A stretch of 64,000 nucleotides of DNA from Leucoraja erinacea (taxonomy: Eukaryota), in the NCBI RefSeq assembly GCF_028641065.1, contig NC_073398.1:25606001-25670000 (forward strand), written 5' to 3'. Position numbers and translations under genes: made by a program. Under the pieces are notes generated by a model, which searched no databases, was not told the DNA's origin, and was given only the letters and a program-made list of their open reading frames with translations. Of the stretch, positions 60,959-64,000 are shown in pieces. Each line of letters starts with the position of its first letter. The stretch's first letter is position 1.

Positions 60959-61144
60959 GGCTGTATATTGCTTTACCCGCTAGTCTGCGGTTGAAAGCAC
61001 TTTGTTCCCAAAGGGTGGGGTTGGGGAGGTGAGGTTGGGGAGGTGAGGTTGGGCACGCATGCGTGCAGTCCCGTCATTGGTTATAGATTGTATTTGGGAG
61101 CAGCGCCAGGACTTACCAGCGATTATTTCAACGGCTGATTTAAA

Positions 61145-61470
61145 TGTGATATTGGCTGATCATCCCCAATCAGTACCCCGTTCATGCCTTCTCCCCATAT
61201 CCCCTGACTCCGCTATCTTGAAGAGCCCTATCTAGCTCTCTCTTGAAAGCATCCAGAGAACCTGCCTCCACCGCCCTCTGAGGCAGAAAATTGCACAAAC
61301 TCACCACTCTCTGTGAGAAAATGAGTTTCCTCGTCTCCGTTCTAAATGGCCTACTCATTATTCTCCTTATACTCCTTATTCTCAACCCTGGTTCTGGACT
61401 CCCCCAACATCGGGGAACATGTTTCCTGCCTCTAGTGTGTCCAAGCCCTTAACAATCTTATAAGTTTCAA
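61145..61470 (-). mobile_element. CR1 3' fragment
   Basis: FSQRVVSLCNFLPQRAVEA...FKRELDRAL...GYGEKA. Confidence 0.85.
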
Positions 61471-61644
61471 GCGTTTTGGATTGGTACCAAGTACCAAGTC
61501 ACATGAGCAGTCACATGGGTCCCAATTCTTCTGTTTCCTGCAGTTCTGCTCCCTTTCCCTTCCCCCGAGGTGGAACAAGGATCTCAACATTCACCCGACC
61601 AGCCTCCACATCCAACAGATCATTTTCTGACATTTCCGCTACAT

Positions 61645-62713
61645 GATATTGGGGGTAGGGTGTTGACGTAGATCGAAAATTGTTTGGCAGAAAGGAAGCA
61701 AAGAGTAGGAATAAACGGGTCCTTTTCAGAATGGCAGGCAGTGGCGAGTGGAGTGCCGCAACGCTTGGTGTTGGGGCCCCAACTGTTTACCCTTTATATT
61801 AATGATTTGGATGAGCGAATTAGGAGCAGCACTAGCAAGTTTGCGGATGACACAAAGCTGGGTGGCAGTGTGAACTGTGAAGAGGATGTTAGGAGGTTGC
61901 AGGGTGACCTGGACAGGTTGTGTGAGTGGGCAGATGCGAGGCAGATGCAGTTTAATATAGATCAATGTGAGGTTATCCACTTTGACGACAAAGGGGCAGA
62001 TTATTATCTCAATGGGGTTAGGTTAGGTAAGTGGGAGGTACAGCGATACCTGGGTGTCCTTGTACACCCGTCACTGAAAGTTGGCGTGCAGTTACAGCAG
62101 TCAGTGAAGAAAGCCAATGGAATGTTGGCCTTCATAACAAGAGGATTTCAGTATACGAGTAAAGAGGTTCTTCTGCAGTTGTATAGGGCTCTGGTAAGAC
62201 CACATCTGGAATATTGTGTACAGTTTTGGTCTCCTAATTTGAGGAAGGACATACTTGTGATTGAGGCAGTGCAGCGTAGGTTCTCGAGATTGATCCCTGG
62301 GATGGCGGGACTGTCATATGAAGAAAGTTTGAAAAGACTAGGCGTTTCAGTGAACACACACTCTACTGCCACATACTGCTGAATCTCCAGGTTTTCAAGA
62401 GTTAGATGGGGTGGGAGATTGCAAACTTCACGTGGTCTACACTGCATCGACGAATGCAATCAACCTGGCGTGCACAAACAGAAGATCAAACAGAACCGGT
62501 CATCTTACAACTTTCCGCTGTGAACGCCATACACAAGAAGAAGAAGAAGTTAGATTTAGCTCTTAGGACTCAGGGAATCAAGGGACATGGGTAAAAAGCC
62601 GGAACGGGGTACTGATTTTGGATGATCAGCCATGATCATATTGAATGGCAGTGCTGGCTCGGACCAAATGGCCTACACCTACACGTATTTTCTATATTTC
62701 TATGTTTCTATGT
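61645..62713 (+). mobile_element. CR1 RT fragment and 3' end
   Basis: ORF 61684..62382 (GVPQ, FADDTKLGG, LVRPHLEY); (ttctatgt) tail at 62689-62713. Confidence 0.9.
62408..62547 (+). mobile_element. 140-bp retroposon with 5' HDV-like ribozyme fold and (GAA)n tail, copy 2
   Basis: TSD agttagat at 62400-62407 and 62548-62555. Homologous to 13967-14104. Confidence 0.85.
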
Positions 62714-62800
62714 TGTTGACCATTTTAATTCCCCATTCTATTCTCATACCAACCTCGCTGTCCTTGGCCTCACCTATGCCTGAGTGAGACCACATACAAA

Positions 62801-64000
62801 ATTTTACTTCGGAGTCACGTGAGTGATTCCGTGAAGAACCCAGCCCAGTGCGCAGGTGCGGCATTATCGCACAGCTGTGCAACAAGCGGCCAGCGGGAGT
62901 CGGGCGCTCCCGCAACCAAGGACGTGAGGTAAGTACTTACCTTAATCGGGCCTTGTGGTTTTTTGCTCCAGGGGGAGCAAAGCAGCAGAGGAAGCGGCCC
63001 CCGTTCGACTCCAGCGAAGGAGCCGATAGTGGAGGGGGATAGGCGCTAACGGGACCGCACACGCTGCGGACCGCTGACAGGGAGCTGCGCTGATGCCGGT
63101 CCGCTGAACAGCTGTTTGGTTAACAGCAGCGGACCGGAGGGAAATTTAAAAACCCGACCGGCAGCCCTGCAGACTCCTGACAAGGAGAATCGCCACCCGG
63201 GAACCGCTAGAATGCCGCCTGAAAAACGGCAGGCAGCCTCTAAATACAGGTAAGACAAAAATCTTACCAAAATTACAGGTTCTACAGGAACCAACTTCCT
63301 CCAACACTGGAACAGGCTGGAGACAGCAGTATGTCTGTCTCCCCAAGCCAGAGGAGGTCATGGAGTTCACCTCCAGGGAAAACGAGGGCCACTGGCTGAA
63401 TGCCAAGGGAGCTGACACTCCTACTCCAGTGTTATTGCACTAGCCATCTTCCTTGTTGAGGGATTGATACAACAATGGAGTTTGAGCTATGCCTCCTCCA
63501 ATTTATAGCACACCCTTTTGCTCCCTCTTTTGAGGCTAGCTAAGGAGGCCAGGGCTGGGCTGGCTTAAACGCTGGGCAGGCGGACGAGAACAGCAGTATG
63601 CCAGGGGAGCAGGATCAGGAAGAGCTACTGGGTGTCGTGGGCCACTACATGGCTCCTCCACGCGACCATCTTCCCAAACAAAGCCCTGCAGGAGTAGGCC
63701 TTTCTAGAGGCAAATCCGCAGGCAGCTGGGTCAGCAGACTCGCAGACAAGAGCTAAAAGCAGCGAACTTTGAAGCTCCTAACAGAGGGTCAAGATGTCAC
63801 CGCCTTTGCTCGTTTTTTCCACGGATCATACTCACCTGGCAGGCGAGACGCCATGATCACCAAGGTGGTTCTCCCAGGATGAGACTATCCCGTTGCACTA
63901 CGAGTGTGCTGACGCCTAAGATGTTCCCAAATTTCGGATACTCGACTGACATGGAACGAGCAGGACATCGCATCCAACACCCAGCTGGCAGCACCCCTCG
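62801..64000 (+). mobile_element. 5' part of a DIRS1-type element (runs off the window)
   Basis: Starts attttacttcggagtcacgtgagtgattccgtgaaga, matching the 5' terminus of the 14964-19692 element; decayed gag-like sequence follows. Confidence 0.85.
63828..63952 (+). ncRNA. U1 snRNA-derived segment (about nt 1-125, lacks Sm site and stem-loop IV) inside the DIRS element
   Basis: atactcacctggcaggcgagacgccatgatcaccaaggtggttctcccagg...ttgcact...tgtgctgac...cccaaat...actcgactg. Colinear with U1 atacttacctggcaggggagataccatgatcacgaaggtggttttcccagg...ttgcact...actcgactgcat. Confidence 0.92.

Noticed and set aside
63796-63801. TCACCG resembling an snRNA PSE upstream of the U1-like segment
   Set aside because: At -32 rather than about -55 to -65, and within gag-like sequence; no support for an independent snRNA gene.

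Overview
Eukaryotic, TE-dense genomic DNA, most likely from a cartilaginous fish (skate/ray). That assignment is inferred from the CR1, Penelope, HE1/V-SINE and DIRS repertoire. Host genes: a tandem cluster of secreted single-domain C-type lectins on the + strand, none visible in the ORF track because they are spliced. It comprises gene A (5 coding exons, 175 aa, EPN/WSD), gene B (5 coding exons, 177 aa, QPD/WND) and an orphan 3-exon copy C (QPD). The CRD exons show a strong excess of amino-acid changes. The rest is nested mobile DNA: a near full-length CR1, older CR1s, L1-type 3' ends, Penelope pieces with hammerhead-like cores, Rex/Babar fragments, Harbinger-like elements and SINEs. Most unusual: (1) two DIRS1-type tyrosine-recombinase retrotransposons each carry a sense-oriented spliceosomal snRNA-derived segment (U2 at 17548-17646, U1 at 63828-63952), both ending just before the Sm site, and both elements share peculiar splice-signal cassettes; (2) a 140-bp TSD-flanked retroposon whose first base is G1 of a reconstructable HDV-like ribozyme; (3) a Gypsy LTR element whose gag runs into a captured ASPM-like IQ-repeat segment. 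All comparisons were made by eye against remembered consensus sequences and need computational confirmation.
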